Positions 16,248 to 26,848 are shown, counted from the stretch's first letter. The stretch: 29,023 nt of DNA from Candidatus Hermodarchaeum yapensis (GCA_016840405.1 JAEOSK010000031.1:1-29023); one strand, 5' to 3'. Notes: generated from the sequence alone by a model not told the origin. Numbers and translations are program-made.

Positions 16248-18539
16248 TTACTCTTCAGGTTCGTAGGTAGTGTCGAGAGCTTCTCGGATTTTTTGGGCTT
16301 TGGCTTTTCCGATGCCATGAACTTCTGCTAATTCCTCTGCACTGGCCTGAATTAATGCGCTAATATTTCCAAATTGGGTTAGAAGGCGCTTTGATAAGGT
16401 GGTATTAACTCCAGGGAGGCTTGCCACGATGTATTCTTGGAGAGCTGCCATACTCAGAACCGGTTTTTTACCACGGAGCCCTATGGGTCGTTTATATTCA
16501 GTTTGTTCGCGTCGAGCAATCGTAAAAAGGAGAGCCGCCGCCTCCTTAGGATCCTTAACATTTACAACAGGAACGTTGAAATCTACGATAGATGAGGAGA
16601 GCGCGCCTCGTACTGCAGCGGGATTAATGGCGCTAGATCCGTAAAGGCTAGCTCCAGTAATCAGAAGAAGTGGTATTGCGAAATTTTCTTTCAAAGTGCT
16701 TAATTGTGTGAATAAGCGTCGATCGATAATGGATTGGGCAAAGTCATCTGAGGTTTTCGCTTCTACTGCCACACGGTCAGAAAGAATATAGTCGCCTACT
16801 TCAAGTGTTTCGACCTCAAGTTGAACTTCCAATTCCTTAAGAGCCTTAGTAATCGAGGAACGAAGCTCGCGATTATCGACAACGATTTTTACCTGATTTT
16901 CAGTTTTTGCCGGTTTCTCAGGCGTTTTCGGTTCCATGAATTCTTTCAAACTGGATTGTTTTCGTTCTTTTTCAATATCGCGAGACATCTTGTTCATCTC
17001 TTTTAGTAATTCTTTCATTTTTGTTTCTCGGTGTATGGCAGCCCAATAGTATCCTTGATCTCGAGTACCTAATGCCACAAGCACAATTACTCGACCAGGA
17101 TGGGTCCGGCCTGTTCGTCCTCGTCTTTGTATGAGCCGGATTGCACTGGGTACTGCCTCATAGAAGACGACTAAGTCGCATTCTTGAATGTCCAGCCCCT
17201 CCTCCCCAACACTTGTAGCGACAAGGACATTGTAAGTTCCATTTCGAAACCGTTGAAGAATTTCGCCTTGTTCCTTTTGAGTTAAGCCACGATCATCTCC
17301 TTTACTAGCCTGCCCCACAAAGCGAATAGGTTTTGAACTCGTTGAGGTTGCGAGCGTTTTTTCCAGTAGTTTTGCCATGTCACGAAAGCGTGTAAAAATC
17401 ATAATTCTTGAGGAGGGCACTGATGCTAATTGCTGTTCAACGATTTCTACTATGGTAGCAAGTTTTGGGTGTTCAATTCCCGCGGAAATTAATTCATCGA
17501 TTAACTGTTCCGCTTCCTGTAGATTCGAATCTTGTGCAAGTCGTTGAATTGCTTTAGAGGCCCTACTACGACGAGCGTCTTTTTGAAGTCCTTGTAAATA
17601 TCGACTAAGTGCTGTTACTCCTTGCGTTTCTAATAATTCTACACAGTGATATAATCGGAGCAGACCTGCACAATAAGAAACCAGCTGGAATAAATGGCTA
17701 GGTGGAGATGTATTAGTCGCTATTTGATGCTGGATTTCTCGTTGTATTTGGAGAATTTGTCGAACAGAAACACGCCGAGGATCACTTGTGTTTATGAAGT
17801 CAGCTTCCTTTATTGGGACAAGTCGAGTTTTTATGGCTCTTCGAAGCGTCTGACCCACATAATGGAATTTTTCTGGAAGTTGGATCTCCTGCCACTCAAA
17901 ATTAACAGGTGGAAGATAGGGAGCAACATCTGGGCTATCACGAGTTCGAAGTTCAATATTTTCAATGCCCAAGTTGTTTACAATTTCACGAATCTTATCA
18001 ATTTCTGAGCTAGGAGAGGCTGTAAGGGCTAGTAATAATGTTGGCTTTGCAGTTTTGAGATATTGGCTAGCGATAAACACGTAGGCATATTCACCTACGG
18101 CACGATGAGCCTCATCTACCACAAGCAGTGAGAGGTTCTCCATTCCGTAACGGCTTGTTAGAAGATCATTTTGTAAGACCTGGGGGGTCATAAAAGCAAT
18201 TTGGCTTTGGTTCCAAAGTTCTTCACGTTTCGTGGGATTCACTTCACCAGTAATTATTTTCATTTTTTCTGAGGGGACTTGCATAAAATCTTGGAAAGTT
18301 TGATGGTGTTGGAGTACAAGCGGTTTGGTGGGAGCAAGAATAACGCATTTTGAGTTGGGATATTTCCGTAATTGATAGGCTGCGGCAAGAATTGCAATTA
18401 CAGTCTTGCCAACACCCGTAGGAAGCACAGTTAGGGTGTTCCATTTGACGGCGCTTCCAATGATAGTCTCTTGATATAACCGCTTAGTAATTGAGTTGGG
18501 TTTGATGAGCGGATGTTGGACAAATTCCGTCTTTGACAT
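16248..18539 (-). CDS. hef: Hef (FANCM-like SF2 helicase + ERCC4 nuclease + HhH)
   Basis: PTGVGKT, DEAH, LTASP, EEGLDI, QRRGRTGR, VDNRE, GDY..VEAK, two HhH motifs. Confidence 0.96.
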   Translation of the reverse strand: MSKTEFVQHPLIKPNSITKRLYQETIIGSAVKWNTLTVLPTGVGKTVIAILAAAYQLRKYPNSKCVILAPTKPLVLQHHQTFQDFMQVPSEKMKIITGEVNPTKREELWNQSQIAFMTPQVLQNDLLTSRYGMENLSLLVVDEAHRAVGEYAYVFIASQYLKTAKPTLLLALTASPSSEIDKIREIVNNLGIENIELRTRDSPDVAPYLPPVNFEWQEIQLPEKFHYVGQTLRRAIKTRLVPIKEADFINTSDPRRVSVRQILQIQREIQHQIATNTSPPSHLFQLVSYCAGLLRLYHCVELLETQGVTALSRYLQGLQKDARRSRASKAIQRLAQDSNLQEAEQLIDELISAGIEHPKLATIVEIVEQQLASVPSSRIMIFTRFRDMAKLLEKTLATSTSSKPIRFVGQASKGDDRGLTQKEQGEILQRFRNGTYNVLVATSVGEEGLDIQECDLVVFYEAVPSAIRLIQRRGRTGRTHPGRVIVLVALGTRDQGYYWAAIHRETKMKELLKEMNKMSRDIEKERKQSSLKEFMEPKTPEKPAKTENQVKIVVDNRELRSSITKALKELEVQLEVETLEVGDYILSDRVAVEAKTSDDFAQSIIDRRLFTQLSTLKENFAIPLLLITGASLYGSSAINPAAVRGALSSSIVDFNVPVVNVKDPKEAAALLFTIARREQTEYKRPIGLRGKKPVLSMAALQEYIVASLPGVNTTLSKRLLTQFGNISALIQASAEELAEVHGIGKAKAQKIREALDTTYEPEE

Positions 18540-18653
18540 TCCAATCGCAGCACATTTTTAGTTTATTGATGTAAATTCTTGTTTGAAATCACTTTATTAC
18601 CCGCATTTATATTCTAATATTCCACGTCTTATTGGATTTGGAGTGTGTCATTT

Positions 18654-18986
18654 ATGTCCAAGGCGAGTGTACCTTCAATGGCTGAAGCAGAGGTTTACGA
18701 ATTAACCATGCCAGGTAACATCATTGGAAAGGAAGTTATTGATGGCAGCGCGCGACGTATTGGTATTGTCCGAAGCCTCCGTATTACCCTTCCCCCTGGT
18801 AAAGTTGAATTGCAAGTGAAAGGCTTGGGTGTCGAATTACCTGTCGACGTGACCAACATAACTGCAGTGGGCAATGTGATTCAATTATCAAATACGGTCA
18901 AAGAGGCTGAAGAAATTTCCATTGCTGATGTACAGCGTCTTCGAGAAGAGACCTGGAAAGAGGTTCAAGGTCTAATTATGCGATAA
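18654..18986 (+). CDS. PRC-barrel domain protein
   Basis: IIGKEVIDGSARRIGIV..I.AVGNVIQL pattern; ATG 18654 follows GGAGTG. Confidence 0.8.
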   Translation: MSKASVPSMAEAEVYELTMPGNIIGKEVIDGSARRIGIVRSLRITLPPGKVELQVKGLGVELPVDVTNITAVGNVIQLSNTVKEAEEISIADVQRLREETWKEVQGLIMR

Positions 18987-19054
18987 TTGCAGCTGATATT
19001 GTAAGACAAGAGTTTTTATTTTCCCCACAGAAATTCCTTGATTGGCAGAATACG

Positions 19055-20998
19055 ATGAAAAAGAAGAAAAAGAAGCCGTATTTAGGACCCCTTTTACTTG
19101 CATGGTGTGATTATTGTAACGTCCCAATAGCTAAAGGAAAAAAATGTGGGCGTTGTGAAAGGCAAACAAGATCCGTCAAAGTAACGCCGCCAGGTGACGC
19201 ACGTCCGGCATTTCAATATGACCGCAATCAAATAATCGATACAATCTCAAAGCAATACGAACGAAGTGTCGCTCAACAACTTCTACCAGATGAGAAAATT
19301 GTCCTCCTAAACGCGATTCCGGACCTAGATTGTTGTGAAGAAGTGATAATAGATGGTCAGGTTATCGGGCTCCATCGGTTCCAAATCGACACTTTATCTT
19401 GGGAATTCATTCCGAAGTTGGAAGGAGCTCGGCGATTAGTACAACTAACCAATGACAAACAAGTAGTGATTGAAGACACAGCAGTAGAATTCATTGTTCG
19501 TGGAGCCAACCTTCTACGACCAGGAATTAAATCCGCTGATCCTTCAATCCAACCAGGTGAGATTGTAATTGGCGTCACAGAACAAGGCTTAGCAGTCCTT
19601 GTCGGAAATGCCATGATGTCAGGTAAAGAAATGCAATCCAAAGGTCGGGGGATAGCCGTTAAAAAACGCTACAAATCTGAACCCCGTGAAGCAGAAATTT
19701 TGCCAGGAGGACAAACCCGAGAACAGATGCTAGAAGCAAACACTCATTTGCTCCACAACATCGAAAAAGAAGCGATTGCGTTCATACAGCATACAAGCCG
19801 AAGTTATAACCTCCCAAATGTTGTGGCTTTTTCAGGTGGCAAGGATAGCCTGGCTGTTCTTCTCCTGGTTAGAAAAGCGCTCCTTGACCAGTCGTTTCAT
19901 GTTATGTTTATCAATACCGGAATCGAATTCCCAGAAACGTCAGAAAACGTAACTAGTGTGATTTCAAAACTAGGATTGGACAACCAACTGTTAGTCAAGC
20001 ATGTTGATGAAGAACAATTTTTCCGAGTGCTTGATCTTTTTGGTTTTGTAGCTCGTGATTATCGAGTTTGCTGTAAATCCGTTAAGCTTGGCCCAACAAG
20101 CCAACTTATTGATGAACATTTCCCGCGGGGATGCTTAAGCTTCATTGGTCAACGACGCTATGAATCCCATAGACGTGCTGCCAGTAGGCGTGTTTGGAAG
20201 AACCCTTGGGTACCAAATCAGATTGGGGCTAGCCCTATTCACAATTGGACAGCATTGATGATTTGGCTTTATATATTTCAAGAAGAGGCCCCCTACAATC
20301 CACTCTATCAAGAAGGATTCGAAAGGATTGGCTGCATGTTTTGCCCAGCATCAACAATGAGCGAGTTTGAAATAATTGCCTCTCGGTTTCCTGCAGAATG
20401 GAGCCGATGGACATCGAAGGCTGAAAAGATTGCTCAAAAAGAGGGGCTCAGTAAAAAATGGTTAACGCATGGATTTTGGCGCTGGAAGACCCCTCCAAAA
20501 ATGATCAGAGAGCTCGCGGACAAAATGGGGGTTGAATTACCCTCCTATGAATTGGTTCAACCAAAAGGGTTGATGACCTACAACCTTTCATTAACAACTG
20601 ATGAAAACACCGAAGAAGCAATCATTAATGGTCAATTCACAGCTCCGATTGACCTTACTATCGCTGCAGCGTTTCTTCCTGCCATCGGAGATGTTATCCT
20701 CGATTTGAACCGCATGATACTGGAACTCACGATGAGGGATAAGAAAAAACCCATCAAAGCGTTCTTCTTCAGGAGTGGATTGTTTACAATTAAAGGTAAT
20801 ATCACTGAGAAGGAAGCGGAGCATGTAGTAAAAACCGTGCTTCGAGGTTTACTCTGCACCGCCTGTGGAACTTGTCAATCACTCTGTTCACATGATGCAA
20901 TCTCGCTTGATTCAGGCCGCGCTACCATTATCAGAGAGAAGTGTTCACGCTGTGGTGAATGCCTTCGTGGTAAATGTCCAACTTTGTATGCTGGATAA
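19055..20998 (+). CDS. PAPS-reductase-like PP-loop protein with zinc, PUA and 4Fe-4S domains
   Basis: CDYC/CGRC, PUA (GANLLRPGI), SGGKDS, RVCC, GQRRYES, RIGCMFCP, C-terminal ferredoxin motifs. Confidence 0.9.
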   Translation: MKKKKKKPYLGPLLLAWCDYCNVPIAKGKKCGRCERQTRSVKVTPPGDARPAFQYDRNQIIDTISKQYERSVAQQLLPDEKIVLLNAIPDLDCCEEVIIDGQVIGLHRFQIDTLSWEFIPKLEGARRLVQLTNDKQVVIEDTAVEFIVRGANLLRPGIKSADPSIQPGEIVIGVTEQGLAVLVGNAMMSGKEMQSKGRGIAVKKRYKSEPREAEILPGGQTREQMLEANTHLLHNIEKEAIAFIQHTSRSYNLPNVVAFSGGKDSLAVLLLVRKALLDQSFHVMFINTGIEFPETSENVTSVISKLGLDNQLLVKHVDEEQFFRVLDLFGFVARDYRVCCKSVKLGPTSQLIDEHFPRGCLSFIGQRRYESHRRAASRRVWKNPWVPNQIGASPIHNWTALMIWLYIFQEEAPYNPLYQEGFERIGCMFCPASTMSEFEIIASRFPAEWSRWTSKAEKIAQKEGLSKKWLTHGFWRWKTPPKMIRELADKMGVELPSYELVQPKGLMTYNLSLTTDENTEEAIINGQFTAPIDLTIAAAFLPAIGDVILDLNRMILELTMRDKKKPIKAFFFRSGLFTIKGNITEKEAEHVVKTVLRGLLCTACGTCQSLCSHDAISLDSGRATIIREKCSRCGECLRGKCPTLYAG

Positions 20999-21115
20999 AA
21001 GAAGCCGATTCAAATTCTCGTTTGCATCCGAATATCCTAGAGATGCAATAAAACTTTTCAAAGAATAGTACACCAAGGATAATCCCTTTGAAGATTAATC
21101 GCCGAGCGACGCACC

Positions 21116-23014
21116 ATGAGTGAGGATGTAAGAAGCACAATCACTTTGTACAAACGACTCTTCAGTCTTCCAGAAGATCGCACTCTAGTAGTCATCATGG
21201 TATTAGGATCACTTCTTATTGGTGGAATTACTGAGATTCTACGAAACATCGGACACCCCGTTATCGTGTATGTTTTTCTTACTGGTGCCCTTCGAGGATT
21301 GTTAATCACACTCCCTACTGCGACAATTGCAATACTAACACTTTGGGCGAGTACACGAAAAGGAGGAATACTCAACTGGCATCGCCTTCTTGGAGTTATA
21401 ACTACTGCAATAGCTGTACTACTGATCGTCTGGTTTCTGTCAACCCTTGTCGGCTGGGCAATTGAACTCCTGTTAAAATGGAACTATGGTCCTTCGGCAG
21501 GTGGCGGACTTACTACAATGTTTTACCTTCGAAATCTAATTTTAGCCGCTGCATTCACATCGGCCATATTTCTCCTTATCGTGTTGAGTACAAGTAGAGT
21601 TGGCGTCATAAGGGGAATCCTTCTTTCTCTTATTTTTCCAACAACGTGTATCTTGATGTATATTGGGACAGAACCCGCATTGATTATTTCATCTTCTTGG
21701 TGGACATTTTTTATTATCTATTTTCTCTGTGCCTTAACCTTCATATGCGCCACAAGTATCCTACTCGCAGCAGTAGGGCGTCCATTAAAGAAATCCTTCA
21801 ATGTCGATGGAATTCAACTCTTTCGCGGTTTCCTTGAGGTTTGGATGGAAGGTAAGGCAGATCTCATGGAACAAATTCTAACAGAAATTGGACAAGAAAA
21901 AGTACTTCCGTTTTCAGTGTTGAAATTTTCAACAGCAAATAAGAAACCATACTTAGTGAAGGTCATACCGGGTGTGCATCCAGGACCCTTCAAAAACACA
22001 GGGAGTAGCAACCTTTCTGGGAGAATCGGTGAGTGGGGGCGAGAAATTCTAAAGGCAACTGCATGCGCCCCCCATGGTACAGCCACACATGATTTGAACC
22101 TGGTTTCGAAAGACGAAGTTACACAATTTTTGGATATGGTCCAAGAAGCCTATGACCAAACATCACCTGTTAAAGATGTAACTCAGTTCATAAGTGCAGC
22201 TTCGGGTACAATAAAGGCAGGTTGTCAAATTTTTGGTGACACAGCAGTCCTTCTTTTGACTCGATCGCCTATTGAAATGGATGACATTAGTTTGACAGTG
22301 GGGACACGAATAACCACAGAAGTTACGAAACATGTGAAGAGATGTATTCTCATTGATACACATAATTGTATGAGTGAGCTCAAAGAATCAGTGCATGAAG
22401 ATTCCGAATTAGTTTCAGATATGATTAAAGCTGCTGTATCTGCAACTCGTGAAGCCTTGAAAAGGAGTCGTGATCAACCTAATATCGGTTTGGCAATAAA
22501 AAGGGAAACTGGGTTTACGGAAGCGCAGGGAATGGGACCGGAAGGCGTTACTGTATTCATTGTTGAGGTTGCTGGACAAAAGATGGCATATGTCCTTATT
22601 GATGGAAATAATATGGTCGTCGGGTTACGTGAAAAAATTGTTCATGCACTGGTTCCACGTTTTGTTGATGCAGCCGAGGTAATGACGACTGATACGCACC
22701 AAACTGCTGTGGTATCTTCCCAAAATGGATATAGCCCCATTGGAGAGCAAATTCCGCATTCTGATTTAATCTCAATAATTACAGAACTCGCCGAGAAAGC
22801 AAGCTCCCACCTTGAACCAGGAACGGTCGAAATTTTTCAAGGCGAAACTCAACCACTGAGGATTATGGGAGAAGGAACTGTAGAAAAACTCACTAGTCTT
22901 ATTCCAGTTTCAGCAAATGTTGCAAAAAGAGTAGGAGTTGGGATTTATACGATTGCCTTTCTCATCTCCCTTGTCCTGCTCCTCTTCGTTCTTCCAATAC
23001 CACTTTTTCCCTAG
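21116..23014 (+). CDS. DUF2070 family membrane protein
   Basis: Several N-terminal TM segments, HPGPF..GSS, HDLN, IDTHNC, DGNNM, TTDTH, C-terminal TM. Confidence 0.88.
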   Translation: MSEDVRSTITLYKRLFSLPEDRTLVVIMVLGSLLIGGITEILRNIGHPVIVYVFLTGALRGLLITLPTATIAILTLWASTRKGGILNWHRLLGVITTAIAVLLIVWFLSTLVGWAIELLLKWNYGPSAGGGLTTMFYLRNLILAAAFTSAIFLLIVLSTSRVGVIRGILLSLIFPTTCILMYIGTEPALIISSSWWTFFIIYFLCALTFICATSILLAAVGRPLKKSFNVDGIQLFRGFLEVWMEGKADLMEQILTEIGQEKVLPFSVLKFSTANKKPYLVKVIPGVHPGPFKNTGSSNLSGRIGEWGREILKATACAPHGTATHDLNLVSKDEVTQFLDMVQEAYDQTSPVKDVTQFISAASGTIKAGCQIFGDTAVLLLTRSPIEMDDISLTVGTRITTEVTKHVKRCILIDTHNCMSELKESVHEDSELVSDMIKAAVSATREALKRSRDQPNIGLAIKRETGFTEAQGMGPEGVTVFIVEVAGQKMAYVLIDGNNMVVGLREKIVHALVPRFVDAAEVMTTDTHQTAVVSSQNGYSPIGEQIPHSDLISIITELAEKASSHLEPGTVEIFQGETQPLRIMGEGTVEKLTSLIPVSANVAKRVGVGIYTIAFLISLVLLLFVLPIPLFP

Positions 23015-23045
23015 CCGTTCATAATCCTTTTAGGAAGTATGCTTT

Positions 23046-23098
23046 AACCAGCCCGAAACCCATTAGAAATGATGAAAATATCATAAACCAGCCCGAAA
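23046..23098. repeat. 13-bp direct repeat AACCAGCCCGAAA x2, 40-bp period
   Basis: Copies at 23046-23058 and 23086-23098. Confidence 0.85.
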
Positions 23099-23108
23099 AC
23101 TAGCGTTA

Positions 23109-23300
23109 ATGATACATGCTAGAAGAAAACAGAAAAGGAGATCAGCACCTCAAAAAGTCGCAAATCAAATGAAAATTCTGCGTGATCAAGGAGAGTCATT
23201 TAGAGAAATCGCTGAAATCATTTTTGATCACCATGGTCTTTCTCACACAGTAGATAAGGTGATTAAAACTATTAAGAAAATAAGAATTGCTAGTACATGA
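23109..23300 (+). CDS. Small basic protein, possible HTH
   Basis: LRDQGESFREIAEII resembles an HTH start; fills the gap before the oxidoreductase operon. Confidence 0.5.
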   Translation: MIHARRKQKRRSAPQKVANQMKILRDQGESFREIAEIIFDHHGLSHTVDKVIKTIKKIRIAST

Positions 23301-23337
23301 AAAACATAATAAACCAAAACTCTTGATGATGTGAAGT

Positions 23338-23907
23338 ATGCCTTCACTTTTTGAGATTCGTTTTCACGGTCGTGGTGGTCAAGGTGCTGTCACCGGTGCC
23401 AAAATTTTAGGTGATGCCACTCGAATGGAAAACAAACACTTTCAAGCTTTTGCACATTATGGTGCTGAAAGAAGAGGAGCCCCCGTCATGGCTTTCACAC
23501 GAATTGCAGATGAAGCCATCCGAATCCACAGTTATATCTACGAACCAGAAACCATAGTAATTCTTGATGAAACACTCCTTGAGATTCCTAGCGTTCAGGA
23601 AGGGATGAACGAAGACACCTTTGTCGTCATAAACACTACTCAATCCCCTAAAGACATCAAGATCAAGGGTAAAATTTCTACTGTGGACGCGACGAAAATT
23701 GCTCTTGAGGTGGGGATTTTGGTTGCGGGTATTGCTGTGGTTAACACAATTATGTTAGGGGCGGTAGCACGAGCCACGAATATTGTTGCAATTGAAAGTG
23801 TGAAGGATGCCATTCGTAAAGGTTTAGCAGGTCTTCCAGAGAAGGTAATCGAGACGAACGTTGAATCCGCTCAACGTGCATACGATGAACTCCAAATGGG
23901 GTATTAG
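23338..23907 (+). CDS. porG: Pyruvate/2-ketoisovalerate:ferredoxin oxidoreductase gamma subunit
   Basis: EIRFHGRGGQGAVT, YGAERRGAPV, NTIMLGA. Confidence 0.93.
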   Translation: MPSLFEIRFHGRGGQGAVTGAKILGDATRMENKHFQAFAHYGAERRGAPVMAFTRIADEAIRIHSYIYEPETIVILDETLLEIPSVQEGMNEDTFVVINTTQSPKDIKIKGKISTVDATKIALEVGILVAGIAVVNTIMLGAVARATNIVAIESVKDAIRKGLAGLPEKVIETNVESAQRAYDELQMGY

Positions 23908-23909
23908 TT

Positions 23910-24215
23910 ATGACGCCACTTAAACGAGAACCACCCAATAAACGGTTTACCTGTATTACCTATCCTGAAGCAGGAGCAATGGGCCTGACTGGTGATTGGC
24001 GAATATTTCGTCCAGTTGTAGACAAGGAAAAATGTACTGGCTGTCAAATCTGTTGGATGTATTGTCCGGATGCCGCAATTACGATGGACGAAGATAACAT
24101 ACCCGTCTTTAACCTCGAATACTGTAAGGGATGCATGATTTGTGAAACTAATTGCCCTGTGAAAGCCATAAGCCGTGTGCGCGAAACTGAGGCCGAAGCC
24201 GCCGTGGAGAAATAA
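23910..24215 (+). CDS. porD: Oxidoreductase delta subunit (2x4Fe-4S)
   Basis: TGDWRIFRPV, CTGCQICWMYCP, YCKGCMICETNCP. Confidence 0.93.
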   Translation: MTPLKREPPNKRFTCITYPEAGAMGLTGDWRIFRPVVDKEKCTGCQICWMYCPDAAITMDEDNIPVFNLEYCKGCMICETNCPVKAISRVRETEAEAAVEK

Positions 24216-24229
24216 TCAAGGTTAGAAAA

Positions 24230-25408
24230 ATGTCTAAAATCGTATCAGTTACAGGTAATCATTCTGCTTCGTGGGCAGCGCGAACAGCGATTCCCGCAGT
24301 AATTGCAGCTTATCCGATTACACCGCAAACTACTATTGTTGAGAAGATCGCAGAATTTGTGGAAAATGGTGACCTAAAATCCGAATATGTGCGTGTCGAA
24401 TCCGAACATAGCGCCATGGCTGCTTGTATTGGAGCCTCCGCTTTAGGGCTTCGAACCTTCACAGCCACATCGTCCCATGGGTTAGCTTTAATGCATGAGA
24501 TGCTTCATTGGGCAGGTCGCGCACGACTGCCCGTAGTCATGCCAGTAGTCAACCGATCACTAGGACCTCCCTGGAATATCTGGGTTGACCATACAGATAC
24601 TATGTCACAGCGTGACACGGGATGGATTCAATTCTACGCCTCCAATAATCAAGAAGTCTATGATACGGTCCTCATGCTATTCCGTTTATGTGAAGACCCT
24701 AAGGTCCTACTTCCAGGAATGGTGGCGTTGGATGCGTATATCCTTAGTCATACCTTCACTTCTATTGAAGTCTACGATTATGAAGAAATCATCGATTTTC
24801 TCCCCACCTATGAAGCAGGACATTGGAAGCTCAATCCAAAAGATCCTATGGCAATAGGAAATATTGCTGGACCTGAATATTACTACGAACTAAGTTACGC
24901 TGTTCATGAAGGCTTTGAAGCTGCCCGAAAAATGATTCCCAAAGTTGAAGCTGACTTCAAGAAGCATTTTGGACGAGCACATGGCGGTTTCATCGACACC
25001 TATCAGTGTGACGATGCTGAAGTCATCTTCATCGCCTTAGGAACAATGGGAGAAGAAGCCCAGCTAGCTGTTGAGGAACTTCGAAATGAAGGAATTCGTG
25101 CTGGATCTGCGCGGATTCGTGTATTCCGTCCCTTTCCTGCTGAACAAATACAAACCCTTGCACAGAAGGCTAAAGCCTTTGTTGTGGTTGATCGGAGTCT
25201 TTCCTATGGACACCTTGGTGGTGTCGTCACAGAAATCCGTTCTGCCCTCTATCGTAGTGGTCAAACTATACCTGTTCAAGGAGTCATTGCTGGGCTTGGT
25301 GGTCGCGACGTTCGTCACACAGACATTAAGAAACTGATTCAACTCGGTTTTGATGTCGCTGATAAGGGTGAAGCAATGCCCGATATCTTCTATGGATTAA
25401 AAAGGTGA
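24230..25408 (+). CDS. porA: Oxidoreductase alpha subunit
   Basis: AYPITPQT, VESEHSAM, TATSSHGL, GLGGRDV; POR versus VOR specificity not resolvable by eye. Confidence 0.92.
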   Translation: MSKIVSVTGNHSASWAARTAIPAVIAAYPITPQTTIVEKIAEFVENGDLKSEYVRVESEHSAMAACIGASALGLRTFTATSSHGLALMHEMLHWAGRARLPVVMPVVNRSLGPPWNIWVDHTDTMSQRDTGWIQFYASNNQEVYDTVLMLFRLCEDPKVLLPGMVALDAYILSHTFTSIEVYDYEEIIDFLPTYEAGHWKLNPKDPMAIGNIAGPEYYYELSYAVHEGFEAARKMIPKVEADFKKHFGRAHGGFIDTYQCDDAEVIFIALGTMGEEAQLAVEELRNEGIRAGSARIRVFRPFPAEQIQTLAQKAKAFVVVDRSLSYGHLGGVVTEIRSALYRSGQTIPVQGVIAGLGGRDVRHTDIKKLIQLGFDVADKGEAMPDIFYGLKR

Positions 25409-25413
25409 AGAAA

Positions 25414-26322
25414 ATGGTAGCAATCAAAGAACTGCCCCGGGATGAATACATCGAACTTGGACATGCGGCTTGTGCAGGCTGTGGTGCAACTATCGCAATT
25501 CGTCATGCACTAAAAGCGCTCGGAGGCAACACAATTCTCACTGTTCCTGCCTGCTGTATGTCCGTTATTCAAGGTCTTTTCCCCAAAAACGCCCTACACC
25601 TACCCGTCTTGAACACCGCCTTCGAAACTGCAGGAGCAGCTGCCTCCGGTATTGCTGCGGGTCTTAAATTCATGGGCAAAGATAAAGACATCAACGTTAT
25701 GGCTTGGGCAGGTGACGGGGGAACCTATGACATAGGCATCCAGGCTCTCAGCGGTGCTGCTGAACGCAAGACTAATTTCATCTATACATGCTACAACAAC
25801 GAAAGCTATGGCAACACTGGCCAACAACGATCTGGTGCTACTCCTTATGGCGCGTTTAGCACAACAACGCCAATTATTGGAAAACAGGAGCACCGTAAAC
25901 CAATGGCACGGATTATGGCGGAACACGGGATTCCGTATACCGCGTCAATTTCAGCAGCATACCCCCGATTGGTGTTTGAAACCTATTCCAAAGCAAAGGA
26001 CATTGTGGGAACACGTTTCATCGAAATTCATGCGATGTGCCCAACGGGATGGCGGTGTGCGACGTGGGATAGTGTCAAGTTTGGTAAATTAGCAGTTGAA
26101 ACTGGTGTATGGATTATGTGGGAGAAGGAAGGAGAGGAATGGCGGTTTTTGGGTAGGAGTAAACAGATTGCAGAAGGAAAGGTGCAGCGAAAGCCCGTGA
26201 TGGATTATTTGAAGCCGCAAGGACGATTCCGAACGCTCATTAAGGATTCTAAGAAGGTGAAAGAGTTTGAGCGCGGAATTGAACGCGAATGGGACATATT
26301 AAAGCAGAAGGTCTCCTGCTGA
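25414..26322 (+). CDS. porB: Oxidoreductase beta subunit (TPP-binding)
   Basis: GHAACAGCG, GDGGTYDIG..NN, NTGQQRS, CPTGW; ATG 25414 follows AGGTGA. Confidence 0.93.
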   Translation: MVAIKELPRDEYIELGHAACAGCGATIAIRHALKALGGNTILTVPACCMSVIQGLFPKNALHLPVLNTAFETAGAAASGIAAGLKFMGKDKDINVMAWAGDGGTYDIGIQALSGAAERKTNFIYTCYNNESYGNTGQQRSGATPYGAFSTTTPIIGKQEHRKPMARIMAEHGIPYTASISAAYPRLVFETYSKAKDIVGTRFIEIHAMCPTGWRCATWDSVKFGKLAVETGVWIMWEKEGEEWRFLGRSKQIAEGKVQRKPVMDYLKPQGRFRTLIKDSKKVKEFERGIEREWDILKQKVSC

Positions 26323-26400
26323 AACGTGTGTTATTGAAAAATCATGATGAGAAGGAGTGAGATTCTCCTTTGAGATTACTTTAGGCTAGAGGCGTAAAAA

Positions 26401-26775
26401 ATGTCGTTAGAATTTATGGAAGAACTTGTGGATCTGGGTGAGTTCCAGATTAAGGTAGCAGTTAGTCGGTTGGCGAATGGGACTTTGATGTTGTTTAGTG
26501 ATGGAGAGCATAAGTTTGGTACGGTAGCTGTAGGTGTTCCGACACCGTTTGGAGAACTTTCTCCGACTGCAACATCGGTCATGATTGGGACGCGGTTTCA
26601 AGCAGAGGTGCGTGCAATTGCAGATATTGCGGCCCAGAAGTTAGGTGGAATTGTAGTGGTGAATCTCTTTTTGTCAAAAGAGCATGAGGCAGAGATTTCT
26701 GGGATTTTAGCTGCTGTACGACAGATTATTCTGAAATTAGAGCAAGAAGACGAGAAAGGACCTGTTTTAGGCTGA
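26401..26775 (+). CDS. Hypothetical protein resembling proteasome assembly chaperone 4 (PAC4/POC4) family
   Basis: Pattern FGTVAVGVP...TSVMIG...RAIADIAAQKLGGIVVVNL recalled by eye. Confidence 0.6.
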   Translation: MSLEFMEELVDLGEFQIKVAVSRLANGTLMLFSDGEHKFGTVAVGVPTPFGELSPTATSVMIGTRFQAEVRAIADIAAQKLGGIVVVNLFLSKEHEAEISGILAAVRQIILKLEQEDEKGPVLG

Positions 26776-26848
26776 TTCGGAGTGGTTATAAGCAGGAAAC
26801 TTATCTGTTATTAGAGTAGATTGTTCAATTAGCTCGGAGGTTAAGTAA

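Noticed and set aside
23046-23098. Mini-CRISPR array
   Set aside because: Only two 13-bp copies and no cas genes.
26352-26370. Hairpin AAGGAG/CTCCTT after porB as a terminator
   Set aside because: Short stem with no long U-tract; too weak to call.
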